Positions 46,124 to 55,008 of a stretch of DNA of 64,000 nt are shown in pieces. A program made the translations under genes and the position numbers. Positions within the stretch are counted from its first letter, which is position 1. Every line of letters begins with the position of its first letter. Source of the stretch: a virus; IMG/VR virus record IMGVR_UViG_3300024346_006511, positions 92,127 to 156,126 of that record; one strand, written 5' to 3'. Below the pieces are notes generated by a model. It worked only from the letters and a program-made list of their open reading frames with translations. It did not search any database and was not told where the DNA came from.

Positions 46124-47713
46124 CTAGATCTGATCTAAGTCAGAGATAAAGATTTTTCCGTAGAATTCAGGTCTGATCATCTTCTTAGCGTAACGAGTCA
46201 TTAAACCTTTTCTTGGAGTGAAGGTTTCTGGATCGTATACTAGAGGAGTCATCATTAATGGTACATAAGGAGCATATACAGCACCTGCTTCCAAGAACTG
46301 AGAACCTCTATATCCCATAAGGATTGTGTTTTCAGTCATGTAAGGGTTTTTGTATACTTGGAATCTTGAAGCTAAGCTTCCGATTCTTTGTACTCCCATT
46401 GCAAACTTATCTTGGTTTCCGTCAGTTTGTGCAGCATATCCAGGAATTGATTCTAGGATTGTAGCAACTGAAGGAGAACATACTAGGAAGTTAGCACCAC
46501 CTCTTAATGTTTTCTGGTGAATCTTGTTAGATACTTTTTGGATTTTAGTTCCTAAAGTTTGGAACCATTGTCCTTGAGTATTGTAGAAATCAGAAGTAGC
46601 AGCAGTCCATGCACCACCTTGGAAGTTCTTGTTGTTTTCAACAGACCATCTTTCAGTAGTTACAGCACCTTTAATCAACATATCTAAAATCTCTAAATCG
46701 ATTTCCATAGAAATGTATTCACTTAATAGTGAAGTCAATTCTGCTTCTGCATCGATTGAGTGATATGCGTTAAGGTCTTGTGCAAATTCTGGTGTCCATT
46801 GCGCCTTTAGCTTTCTTGTCTTAGCAACAATTGCCTCAGATTGCAATTTAACATCGATCTCTGGAATACTAATTGAAGTATCAACAGCTACAGTTGAATC
46901 AGCCTCAAAGTCACCTCTTGTGTTATCAGTTGGTTGTTTGTGGTAGATTACTTGTACGTTGTCAGAGTTGTTTACACCTCCTGCAGCAGATTGTACTAAT
47001 ACTAGGTTAGACCCAGAAATTTTAGTAAATTGCTTGTGGATTACAGCTGAACCAGATTCTGCACTTAATTCAAATGCTCTAATTCCTTCTGCGTCGTAAG
47101 CTGGGATAGAAGAAAGAGGTATTAATACCGCTTCGTAATCTGCTAATGTTAATCCAGCGTCAAAGCCTACATCTTTCAATAAGGCAGCTTGTACTGTTGC
47201 AGCAGCTTCAGTTCCAGTTACTTGGTTGATAGTGTATCCGAATTGTCCAGCGCCATAAAGACCTCCAGAAACGTCTACATCTTCTCCCATTTTGTTAGCT
47301 CCATCAGTTACGTTACCGTACATGTTTTCGCCATCTGCTCTTCCGTTTACTCCAGTACCGTACTTAAAGTCTAAGTAGAATACTAGCCCAGAAGGCAAGT
47401 TCATTGGTTGTACACTTACGAAGTCTTGCGCTACGATTTGAGCGAATACTTTTCTCACAAGTGGTAAAGCAACACCAGCCCAGTTTTCTCCTTGGCCTGC
47501 AGTAAAGCCTGAGCCTCCTGCTTGAGTTGCGTTTGCTTCTGCTACGATTTGTTTAGCTTGGTTCTCAAGAATAACAGCCATGTTACCAGCGTGCTTTTCA
47601 TCAGAGATACCTTCTAACAATCCAGAAGCGCTCCATTTCTCAGCTAAACGAGCAGCATCTGCTTGTACGCTTTTGAAAGTGTTAGAGCTTTCTAATAATT
47701 GATTTAATTCCAT
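46124..47713 (-). CDS. gp23: Major capsid protein (T4 gp23-like)
   Basis: VQPMNLPSGLVF, AKTRKLKAQWTPEFAQDL, YAPYVPL, TRYA. Confidence 0.96.
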   Translation of the reverse strand: MELNQLLESSNTFKSVQADAARLAEKWSASGLLEGISDEKHAGNMAVILENQAKQIVAEANATQAGGSGFTAGQGENWAGVALPLVRKVFAQIVAQDFVSVQPMNLPSGLVFYLDFKYGTGVNGRADGENMYGNVTDGANKMGEDVDVSGGLYGAGQFGYTINQVTGTEAAATVQAALLKDVGFDAGLTLADYEAVLIPLSSIPAYDAEGIRAFELSAESGSAVIHKQFTKISGSNLVLVQSAAGGVNNSDNVQVIYHKQPTDNTRGDFEADSTVAVDTSISIPEIDVKLQSEAIVAKTRKLKAQWTPEFAQDLNAYHSIDAEAELTSLLSEYISMEIDLEILDMLIKGAVTTERWSVENNKNFQGGAWTAATSDFYNTQGQWFQTLGTKIQKVSNKIHQKTLRGGANFLVCSPSVATILESIPGYAAQTDGNQDKFAMGVQRIGSLASRFQVYKNPYMTENTILMGYRGSQFLEAGAVYAPYVPLMMTPLVYDPETFTPRKGLMTRYAKKMIRPEFYGKIFISDLDQI

Positions 47714-47741
47714 GATTAATTTTTTAGGATTTTAATTTTAT

Positions 47742-48848
47742 TTATTTTATAATACCAGCTAACTTCTGCATTCTAAGAACAGATTCAGATACGTTTCCAA
47801 TTACTCCTGGTTTACTTGCTGTAATTCCAGTAGCTTTAGATGCAGATCCTTTATGCTCTTTAATGCTAGTTGTTTCTTTTTTAGTAACAACATTTTCGCT
47901 AACTGTTTCAAAAACTAATTTTACTTCTTTAACTGTTTCAGCTTTATCGAAAGCAGCAATAATGTTTACTTTCTGTGATTCTGATAAGTTGTTTGCTTTG
48001 AAGATTTTGTTAACATAAAGTAACTTAGAGTTTAGTAAATTAACTTCGTTTAATTCACTTCTTAAAGTTTCAATAGTTGATAAAGCTTCAGTTAAGTCTT
48101 CTTTGATGGTATCGTTAACGTTAGATTCTTTAGAATCAGATTCTGCATCGATTTCATTTTTAGTAGGTCCGTCTTTAACTTCGTCTACTTCTTTGTCATC
48201 TTTTGCTTCATCCATTTCTTTGTCATCTTTCTTACCTTCTTCCATATCGTCTTCGCTTTCGCCTTCTGATACAGCTTCTAGTTCTCTAATTAACTCATCT
48301 AAGTCAATCTCTTCTTCGCCTTCTTCTCCAGCTAAAGGATCTCCCTCGCCTGGTTCTTCAATTGCTCCAGCGTCCATATCGTCAGCTCCCATTTCAGGTT
48401 CCATCTCAGCTTCACCAGCGCCCATTTCTTGGCTAATGATGTCTCTAATAAGGTCTTTGAAATCTTCTACTGATAGATCTTTTAGATCTTCGTCTTCTGC
48501 TGGCTCTTCTAATTCGTCTTCAGCTTCCTCAGGAGCTTCTTCTCCTTCACCGTCTGCTTCTAATTCGTCTTCTTCGTCTTCTGCTTCTTCTACAGCTGTA
48601 AATTCTTCCTCCACTGCTTCGTCTTTGTCGTCTTTAGCAGGAGCTTCATTAACATCTTCATCGTCTGATTCTGTTACTGCTACTTCGTCGACGTCTTTGT
48701 CTTCCATCTCTTGAAGTTTTGCAGCTAACATATCTTTTAAATGAGGAGTCAATGACTCTTCTAAAGCTTCCTTGGCGTTTGCAATAGCGGCTTCTCTTAC
48801 AGACTTAGCTTCAGCAATAGCTTGCTTGAATAAATCTTTGTTTGCCAT
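47742..48848 (-). CDS. Prohead core scaffold (T4 gp22-like)
   Basis: Very acidic coiled-coil; directly upstream of capsid gene; ends MQKLAGI. Confidence 0.8.
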   Translation of the reverse strand: MANKDLFKQAIAEAKSVREAAIANAKEALEESLTPHLKDMLAAKLQEMEDKDVDEVAVTESDDEDVNEAPAKDDKDEAVEEEFTAVEEAEDEEDELEADGEGEEAPEEAEDELEEPAEDEDLKDLSVEDFKDLIRDIISQEMGAGEAEMEPEMGADDMDAGAIEEPGEGDPLAGEEGEEEIDLDELIRELEAVSEGESEDDMEEGKKDDKEMDEAKDDKEVDEVKDGPTKNEIDAESDSKESNVNDTIKEDLTEALSTIETLRSELNEVNLLNSKLLYVNKIFKANNLSESQKVNIIAAFDKAETVKEVKLVFETVSENVVTKKETTSIKEHKGSASKATGITASKPGVIGNVSESVLRMQKLAGIIK

Positions 48849-48868
48849 TTTTTAAAAATAATGTGTGG

Positions 48869-48936
48869 TTTCTACGATTATTATAAATCGTAATAGAAAA
48901 TATAAGTTTGTGTTGATGCCATATAAGAGATGGCAT
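48869..48936 (-). promoter_or_regulatory. Two hairpins in the 5' leader of the scaffold-capsid operon
   Basis: TACGATT/AATCGTA stem with outer TTTCTA/TAGAAA pairing (48869-48899) and ATGCCAT/ATGGCAT stem (48916-48936). Confidence 0.55.
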
Positions 48937-48943
48937 ATTCGTA

Positions 48944-48951
48944 TATAAATA
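48944..48951 (-). promoter_or_regulatory. Putative late promoter TATTTATA (scaffold and capsid)
   Basis: Recurrent motif. Confidence 0.7.
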
Positions 48952-48989
48952 TATACTTATTCCGGAAAACTTAGTAAATAGGGAAACTT

Positions 48990-49523
48990 TTATATTGATG
49001 ATGCAGCGGATCCGACTGCTCCTGCAATCTCACCTCCAATTACTGCTATATCTCTACCTTTAAGTGCTGCTTTTACAGCAGATACAGAAGCGGAAGCAAG
49101 TCCTCCACCTTTAAGAGCATTCATAGCACCGATACCAGCTTTAACTCCTAGACCGGCTAATATGGCTATAAATAAACCTTTAGCAACTAATTGTCTTTTC
49201 TTCTCATCTCTAATGAAAGGCTTAATAAACCCTGAAAGAGCATTTACTATGTTAACTTCGTTGTTGTGGGCCCATTTATGAACTGCATCAGCTTTATCAG
49301 CTGCTTTATCTAAATTCATCTTTCTAAGAGCCGTCGCAGCATACTTACCTAAAACGTCTAATACTGTGTTAGTTGCTAATGCCCAAGATAATACACCTAC
49401 TGTTGTAATTACTTCGTTAACATCCTGTTCTCCTTCTTTACCGAATTCAGCTTCCATTGCTTTTGCAAGATCGGCTGCCATTTGGGATTCTGCACTTTCT
49501 AGTATAAGATCTGCTATCTTCAT
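48990..49523 (-). CDS. Putative internal head protein with hydrophobic Gly/Ala helices
   Basis: MKIADLILE leader; LFIAILAGLGVKAGIG segment. Confidence 0.55.
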   Translation of the reverse strand: MKIADLILESAESQMAADLAKAMEAEFGKEGEQDVNEVITTVGVLSWALATNTVLDVLGKYAATALRKMNLDKAADKADAVHKWAHNNEVNIVNALSGFIKPFIRDEKKRQLVAKGLFIAILAGLGVKAGIGAMNALKGGGLASASVSAVKAALKGRDIAVIGGEIAGAVGSAASSI

Positions 49524-50101
49524 TATGCTCTTAATATGTCGTTTATAATAAGGTCTAAATTAGCATATTTAGATACCTTTATTTTACCTTCAGATAAAGA
49601 TACTGGATTCATAAATGCTCCATGTGTAGATGGATTAGATACAAAATCCCAACATACTAATTCAAAATCGTCTTGTACTTCTAAAGTACCTTCGTTTGTT
49701 TGTTGTACTGAACCTGTACCTCTAGATGAAATACCGATTGTATGACCTGCTCTAGCAATTTCTTTTACGATATTACCAGAAGGTGTATTAAGTAGTTCTA
49801 CACGTCCCATAAGGTCGTCTCCTTTCCACCATAACTCTTTTACTATATGAGAGGCGTTCTTAAGAGAGACAACAGGAGACTCAGGGTGATCAAGTTCTCC
49901 GTAAGCATTTCCTTGCTTAACAAACTCTTTGATATATCTTTCTGATTCTCTTAGTAAAATGTCTTTACTATATGTACGTCCATTTTGATTCTTTGCAACT
50001 GCTCTTTGCATTACTCCTTCTACCTCATATACTCCCGGCTTAGTTTTTGATTCCTTAAGTACCGGTCTGAATGGTGTTACGTCTACTAATAGTTGTGCCA
50101 T
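49523..50101 (-). CDS. gp21: Prohead core protease (T4 gp21-like)
   Basis: NQNGRTY, GELDHP, GISSRGTGS, WDFVSNPS. Confidence 0.93.
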   Translation of the reverse strand: MAQLLVDVTPFRPVLKESKTKPGVYEVEGVMQRAVAKNQNGRTYSKDILLRESERYIKEFVKQGNAYGELDHPESPVVSLKNASHIVKELWWKGDDLMGRVELLNTPSGNIVKEIARAGHTIGISSRGTGSVQQTNEGTLEVQDDFELVCWDFVSNPSTHGAFMNPVSLSEGKIKVSKYANLDLIINDILRA

Positions 50102-50102
50102 A

Positions 50103-52019
50103 TTATTTTTTCTTTTTGTTCTTCCCGTAAGAAGACTCTCTTAATGGAGCGAAAACATTACTTTTTGGTGCAGGTGCTGTTTCGAATTCATCTAAACCTT
50201 GCGCCCTTTTAGCTGCATCAATTTCTGCACTAGAAATAGTTCTAACTTTAGGAGTATCTAGTCCTTTTAAGAAACCTGTCTTAGTTACAGGTCTAAGGTC
50301 TTTACTAAATGCTGTTTCAATAGCTGGTGCTAAGAAGCCTCCTACTTTTAAACCTTCTTCGTTTCTTATCTCACCTAAAGTATCGTATACTTTTTGTATT
50401 TTCTCTCTAGTCTTATCGTAATAAGCTTCAATGTCTGTTACTATATTTTGTAAGTCTAGTATTGCTCCTTTCATACCTTCAAAGCCTGCATAATCTTCTG
50501 CAAACTTAGCTAGTTGGTTAGTAGCTGCTTCATTAATAGCTTTATCTTCTTTTAAGACCTTACTAATGATAGCTCTAACATTTTCTTTCATGGCTTTTTT
50601 AATAGCCTTGTCTTTAGCAGCTTTATAATCATCTCCGTCTACGTCTCCATCTCCGTCATGATCTTTTCCTTTCTTTTCGTCAATCTTTGGTACACCTACA
50701 TCATGTCTGTCTAACTCATCTTCGTCATCCCAAGGACCTCTCATAATATCAACACCAATGTTGTAATGATCTCCTATAGCGTACATTACCTCTTCGGCTT
50801 CTTCTCTTCCTGTAGTGTCGTTATTTTCAGCTCTATCTTCTATAAGAGCAACAAATTCTTGTAAACCACCTACTCTTTCACTTACTACTTCGCCGCCTCT
50901 AGGTACATAATTCTCATCTCTTTCTCTCATTGGAAAAGCTCCTTCGAATATACCTGCTAGAGTTTCTTTTATCTCTTTTCTATATTTTTTTAATGCATCT
51001 GTTGCTTCTGCTCTATCTCCTGCTTTTATAGCATCTATTACATCACCTAAGTGAGTGTTTTCTCTATGATAGTTTACATCTTCGAATGAATCGTAGATAG
51101 CTTGCATAGTTTCAACTGGAGTATTAACTCTTACTTTAAGTCCTGCTTTAAGCATACCTTCATAATCGAAGTCAGTAGAGAACATATCACCAGGCTTATA
51201 TTCATGAGGACGTTCGTCCATGCTTCCTGGAGTATAATTCTTTATAGCATCCATTTGAGCTGCATCCATTTCTTCTACATCATGTTCTTTGCCCATTGCC
51301 GCTTTAATTGCAGCATCTTTCTTGTCTAAGTACTCTTCTTCATCTTCTTCTATGTAATCAGATGGACTTTCATAGTTAACTGATACAAACTCATCAAATT
51401 CGTCTACTATCTCTTCTGGACTTGCTCCTCTAATGTCGTTAAAGTGAGTCTTAATAAAGTCTTTTATTACTTCGTTGTCTGCTTGTCTTTCTTTTTTCAA
51501 TAAAGCAATTAAGTCAACTGTCTGCTCTCTTAATGCAGAAGGTTCAGCATTCTCTTTAAGAGTAGCTTTCTTCATAGCATTAAAAGTATCTGCGTCTTTA
51601 GCTCCTCTTTTAGTTTCTTTCATTTTATCATGCTTATCTACTCCTGCTGATTCTCCAGCCATAAGGTTGTAGTAGAATGCTTGATCTTTTTGTAAGTTAA
51701 GGATAGTTTGCTGTCTAGCTTTGATGTATTGTTCTTTTGTGACAACTCCAGAAGAATCAATACCAGCTTTATTCAATTCATAGTTAACTCCTCTATCAAT
51801 ACTAGTTAATGAGAAATTATCTTCAGGTGATTTGATATGTCTGATATCTTTTAATTTATTTTCTGATATCATTCCTCTATTCTTTAGAATCTGTACTGAA
51901 TCTTCAAATCCATTAGATACTGTTAAATAGTTAGGGAACGCTTGCTTCATTTGACGAAGGAACTCCCCTTTAGCCATTGAGCCTTCTAGTACGGAGTTAT
52001 ATTTTTCAGTTGCTGTCAT
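50103..52019 (-). CDS. Acidic putative internal head/core protein
   Basis: Many hydrophobic-x-E sites; DHDGDGDVDGDD motif; lies in head cluster. Confidence 0.55.
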   Translation of the reverse strand: MTATEKYNSVLEGSMAKGEFLRQMKQAFPNYLTVSNGFEDSVQILKNRGMISENKLKDIRHIKSPEDNFSLTSIDRGVNYELNKAGIDSSGVVTKEQYIKARQQTILNLQKDQAFYYNLMAGESAGVDKHDKMKETKRGAKDADTFNAMKKATLKENAEPSALREQTVDLIALLKKERQADNEVIKDFIKTHFNDIRGASPEEIVDEFDEFVSVNYESPSDYIEEDEEEYLDKKDAAIKAAMGKEHDVEEMDAAQMDAIKNYTPGSMDERPHEYKPGDMFSTDFDYEGMLKAGLKVRVNTPVETMQAIYDSFEDVNYHRENTHLGDVIDAIKAGDRAEATDALKKYRKEIKETLAGIFEGAFPMRERDENYVPRGGEVVSERVGGLQEFVALIEDRAENNDTTGREEAEEVMYAIGDHYNIGVDIMRGPWDDEDELDRHDVGVPKIDEKKGKDHDGDGDVDGDDYKAAKDKAIKKAMKENVRAIISKVLKEDKAINEAATNQLAKFAEDYAGFEGMKGAILDLQNIVTDIEAYYDKTREKIQKVYDTLGEIRNEEGLKVGGFLAPAIETAFSKDLRPVTKTGFLKGLDTPKVRTISSAEIDAAKRAQGLDEFETAPAPKSNVFAPLRESSYGKNKKKK

Positions 52020-52021
52020 GT

Positions 52022-52207
52022 TTATACTTCTTTGTATCCTTGTTTCTTTAATGTCTTTTTTGCTCTTTTTGCATTCCCAAAAGCGAAAGGAGTAGCATAA
52101 TTCATTCCTTGTCCAGGAGTAAATGTAGCTGAACCGCCAGTAACGTTTGCTTCGTCTAACTCTTGCATTACTTCTCTAACTAGTGATACTACTTCTGATC
52201 TCTTCAT
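52022..52207 (-). CDS. Small putative internal head protein
   Basis: MKRSEVVSLVREVMQELDE leader, then ATPFAF and a basic tail. Confidence 0.6.
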   Translation of the reverse strand: MKRSEVVSLVREVMQELDEANVTGGSATFTPGQGMNYATPFAFGNAKRAKKTLKKQGYKEV

Positions 52208-53061
52208 TATAGAGTCTTAAGTTCATTTACTAGGTCGTAATACTGCATTAAGTTAACTAAGTGACTATCACTTATCGCATCAGTCTTCTTTAACGGAACA
52301 ATTGCTTTAGAAACTTCTTCTAATTTAATCTTAACTACCTTATCTTTTACCTTACTAGCAAATTTTCCTACTTGAATTGATATCTTACCAAGTTCTTCAT
52401 TAACAATGTTGCGTAAACGTGCTTTTGAGTTAACTGAGGTAATAAATTCTTTGAGTATAAATTTTTGTTCTGGAAGTAAGTCCTTGTAGTTATCGTTAAA
52501 CTTCTCTAATAATATTTTAAAAGTCAACAACCTCAAGTCCTTATCGTACTTCGAATACTCTTCTATTAAGGTATCCTTTACGCTGTCCTCGTTTTGCTTT
52601 GTTGCAGTTAAGTGCTCTAGGATTGTTAACTTATTATCTACTAAATATTGTGGATCTACCATTTCAGCATTATTCTGTGCTTCAAGTAGACAATATAGTG
52701 CAGCAAGAGCTTTATAGTCTCTTACCGATATGCTAAAAAACTCCTCTAGATTATAATGTTTCTTAATCTCAGAGATAAGTTTATATTTTTGTGATTTAAG
52801 TAGCTTTTGATCTAGTTTTCTAGATACTTCAGTTACTGTAGAAAGAATAGCTTCTGCCTTTCTTTGTGCTACGCCATTTGCTTTGATTACAAGACTATAC
52901 ATCTTATACTCTTTAGCTAATGTAGATTTATTCGCGAAATACTCTCGTATAATGCTTACAGCCGGTGAATTCCTATTACTAAGAGTATCAGCGGCAATCT
53001 GCTTGACTAATAATTCGAATATTAGCCCAGTATTTTTATACTTGGAATGCTTTATTTTCAT
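52207..53061 (-). CDS. Head-cluster hypothetical protein (possible prohead core component)
   Basis: KHSKYKNTGLIFELL; helical; between portal and protease. Confidence 0.55.
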   Translation of the reverse strand: MKIKHSKYKNTGLIFELLVKQIAADTLSNRNSPAVSIIREYFANKSTLAKEYKMYSLVIKANGVAQRKAEAILSTVTEVSRKLDQKLLKSQKYKLISEIKKHYNLEEFFSISVRDYKALAALYCLLEAQNNAEMVDPQYLVDNKLTILEHLTATKQNEDSVKDTLIEEYSKYDKDLRLLTFKILLEKFNDNYKDLLPEQKFILKEFITSVNSKARLRNIVNEELGKISIQVGKFASKVKDKVVKIKLEEVSKAIVPLKKTDAISDSHLVNLMQYYDLVNELKTL

Positions 53062-53077
53062 TATACACGTTTACTAT

Positions 53078-53085
53078 TATAAATA
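53078..53085 (-). promoter_or_regulatory. Putative late promoter TATTTATA (core/protease genes)
   Basis: Recurrent motif. Confidence 0.7.
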
Positions 53086-53089
53086 TGCA

Positions 53090-54982
53090 CTACTTACCTA
53101 AATCTTTAATGTTCTCTTCACTTAGTAGACTAGAAGTGTCTTTATTACTGTCTTTCTTAAAGACAATCTGTTTTAAGTCACTAAGTTGACGATTTAATAT
53201 TGATTTGGCTTTCGTTTCATTTACGTTATCTGCATCGCTGGGGAATCCACCCTTCATACCATGCTGTCCTAGAGGATCTCTTCCTCCTAAGGCATCGTTT
53301 GTTCCATATACTGATGCTTTTTCTGTTGGTCTACCACCTTCTGGTCCAGGCTCTCCCCATTCAGGAGTTTCATCGTAGCCTTTTGGTACATCTCCAGGAC
53401 TTCCACCTTTAGGAGTAGAAGTAGATCTTCTACCGTACATAGATGCTAAGTCATGTGGTGTACCGTAAGTCATACCAGAGCTAGCTGGATCGTTACCTTC
53501 ACCTTCGATTTGTGCTCTTCTAAATTTACGTTTCTCATCTTCAATCATTAAGTCTCTCATTTCCATATAAGAATCTTCTGATAGATCGAATATGTTTTCA
53601 TAGATGTAATCTGATGAGAATAGTTTAGAGTCTTGCATTTGAGCAGCTAAATCTACTTTCTCTTTAAGTAGTGCTACTTTTTCTTGTTCAAAGATAATTG
53701 ACGGTGTAGTTAGTTTAATTTCAAAATTAGTTAAACTCTCTCCTTGAAAACCTTGTGTGTATAAATGTACTAATGCAATTTTAGTTAATTCAGACTCCAT
53801 TATCTTTTGGATTCTTTCTACTGTTCTTGCAAATCGTATATCTTCTGCTGCTAAAGTAGCTTTACCACTTAAGTCACCTTCGTAACCAAAGTAAGCTTTA
53901 GGTATCTTTAATGCAGCAAATAACTTAGCCTGTAAGTATTGAACGTCTCCTGTTCCATCATACTCTAAGCCTTTAGTTGTCTCTATTCTTGTTGAAGTAT
54001 CTCCTCCTCTGACTGGTAGATAAAAATCTTCCATCATATTCTGCATGTTAAACTTCAAGTTATATTGTCCTGTATTAGGATCAACATAAGGAGTCTTCTT
54101 CATACTGTTAATAGTAGTTTGCATAAACTGCTCTACTTCATTAGGAGGTATTGAACCTACATTAATATAGAACATTCTCTTCTCAGGTGCTCTCATTATA
54201 CGATGAATTAACATCGCATCTTCCATTAAGGTAGTTTGTTTAAATATCTTTCTTGCTGGCTCTAAATAAGATCTACCGTAAGGTAAGTAGTGTACATCAG
54301 AAATTAATCTGAAGTGAGCCATTTCGTAATTATCTATTTTTATTCTACTTGACTGCTTACTATTAGGTAAGTAGTTAGTATCTGTAGATGCTGCAATTCC
54401 GTCAGGATCTAATTCGAATTCTACTTTATTAGGATTCTCTTCATCATGACCTTCTAAACGAGCAATATGATAAACAGTGTAAGGTAGTACGTTATATACT
54501 CCAAACTTCTCTGCTATCTCTAACTTCAAGAAAAAGTCTCCGTACTTACACATCTGTCTAGTCCAGGACCATAAGTTAAATTCTATATTTAATACGTCAT
54601 AGAATAAGTTATATAGAACTCTTTGAATATTTTCATCTGAAGATTTAATTGCTAAAACTTCGTTTTGATCATTCTTTACTGATGCTTCATCTGCTATAAC
54701 GTCAAGTGCTGATGCTATGATAGGATCAGTGTCCATTGCTTCATAGTCAGAGTATAACTGAATCCTAAGTGTTTGGTAGTTTAAGTTAGGATTAAAGATG
54801 TTAGCTTTGTTATACGTATACAGACGAGTAAACCTATCCATTAATGAATTAGTCTTAACTTTACCTGTAGTTTGTATTGATTGTGTGTCCGCTACCTTTA
54901 ACTGTGTTCCACCGACGTTTCTTATAACTACGTCGTTAGAGAATAGTCTCTGGAGTCTTCCGAACAATGATGTATCTGCCAT
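53090..54982 (-). CDS. gp20: Portal protein (T4 gp20-like)
   Basis: LMEDAMLIHRIMRAPEKRMFYINVG, MEDFYLP.RG, LFAALKIPK. Confidence 0.95.
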   Translation of the reverse strand: MADTSLFGRLQRLFSNDVVIRNVGGTQLKVADTQSIQTTGKVKTNSLMDRFTRLYTYNKANIFNPNLNYQTLRIQLYSDYEAMDTDPIIASALDVIADEASVKNDQNEVLAIKSSDENIQRVLYNLFYDVLNIEFNLWSWTRQMCKYGDFFLKLEIAEKFGVYNVLPYTVYHIARLEGHDEENPNKVEFELDPDGIAASTDTNYLPNSKQSSRIKIDNYEMAHFRLISDVHYLPYGRSYLEPARKIFKQTTLMEDAMLIHRIMRAPEKRMFYINVGSIPPNEVEQFMQTTINSMKKTPYVDPNTGQYNLKFNMQNMMEDFYLPVRGGDTSTRIETTKGLEYDGTGDVQYLQAKLFAALKIPKAYFGYEGDLSGKATLAAEDIRFARTVERIQKIMESELTKIALVHLYTQGFQGESLTNFEIKLTTPSIIFEQEKVALLKEKVDLAAQMQDSKLFSSDYIYENIFDLSEDSYMEMRDLMIEDEKRKFRRAQIEGEGNDPASSGMTYGTPHDLASMYGRRSTSTPKGGSPGDVPKGYDETPEWGEPGPEGGRPTEKASVYGTNDALGGRDPLGQHGMKGGFPSDADNVNETKAKSILNRQLSDLKQIVFKKDSNKDTSSLLSEENIKDLGK

Positions 54983-54998
54983 CTAAAATATATTTTTA

Positions 54999-55006
54999 TA
55001 TAAATA
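54999..55006 (-). promoter_or_regulatory. Putative late promoter TATTTATA (portal)
   Basis: Recurrent motif. Confidence 0.7.
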
Positions 55007-55008
55007 GT

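Noticed and set aside
48103-48714. 203-aa Ser-rich plus-strand ORF
   Set aside because: Mirror of GAA/GAC-rich codons in the acidic scaffold gene; the same applies to the other short plus-strand ORFs
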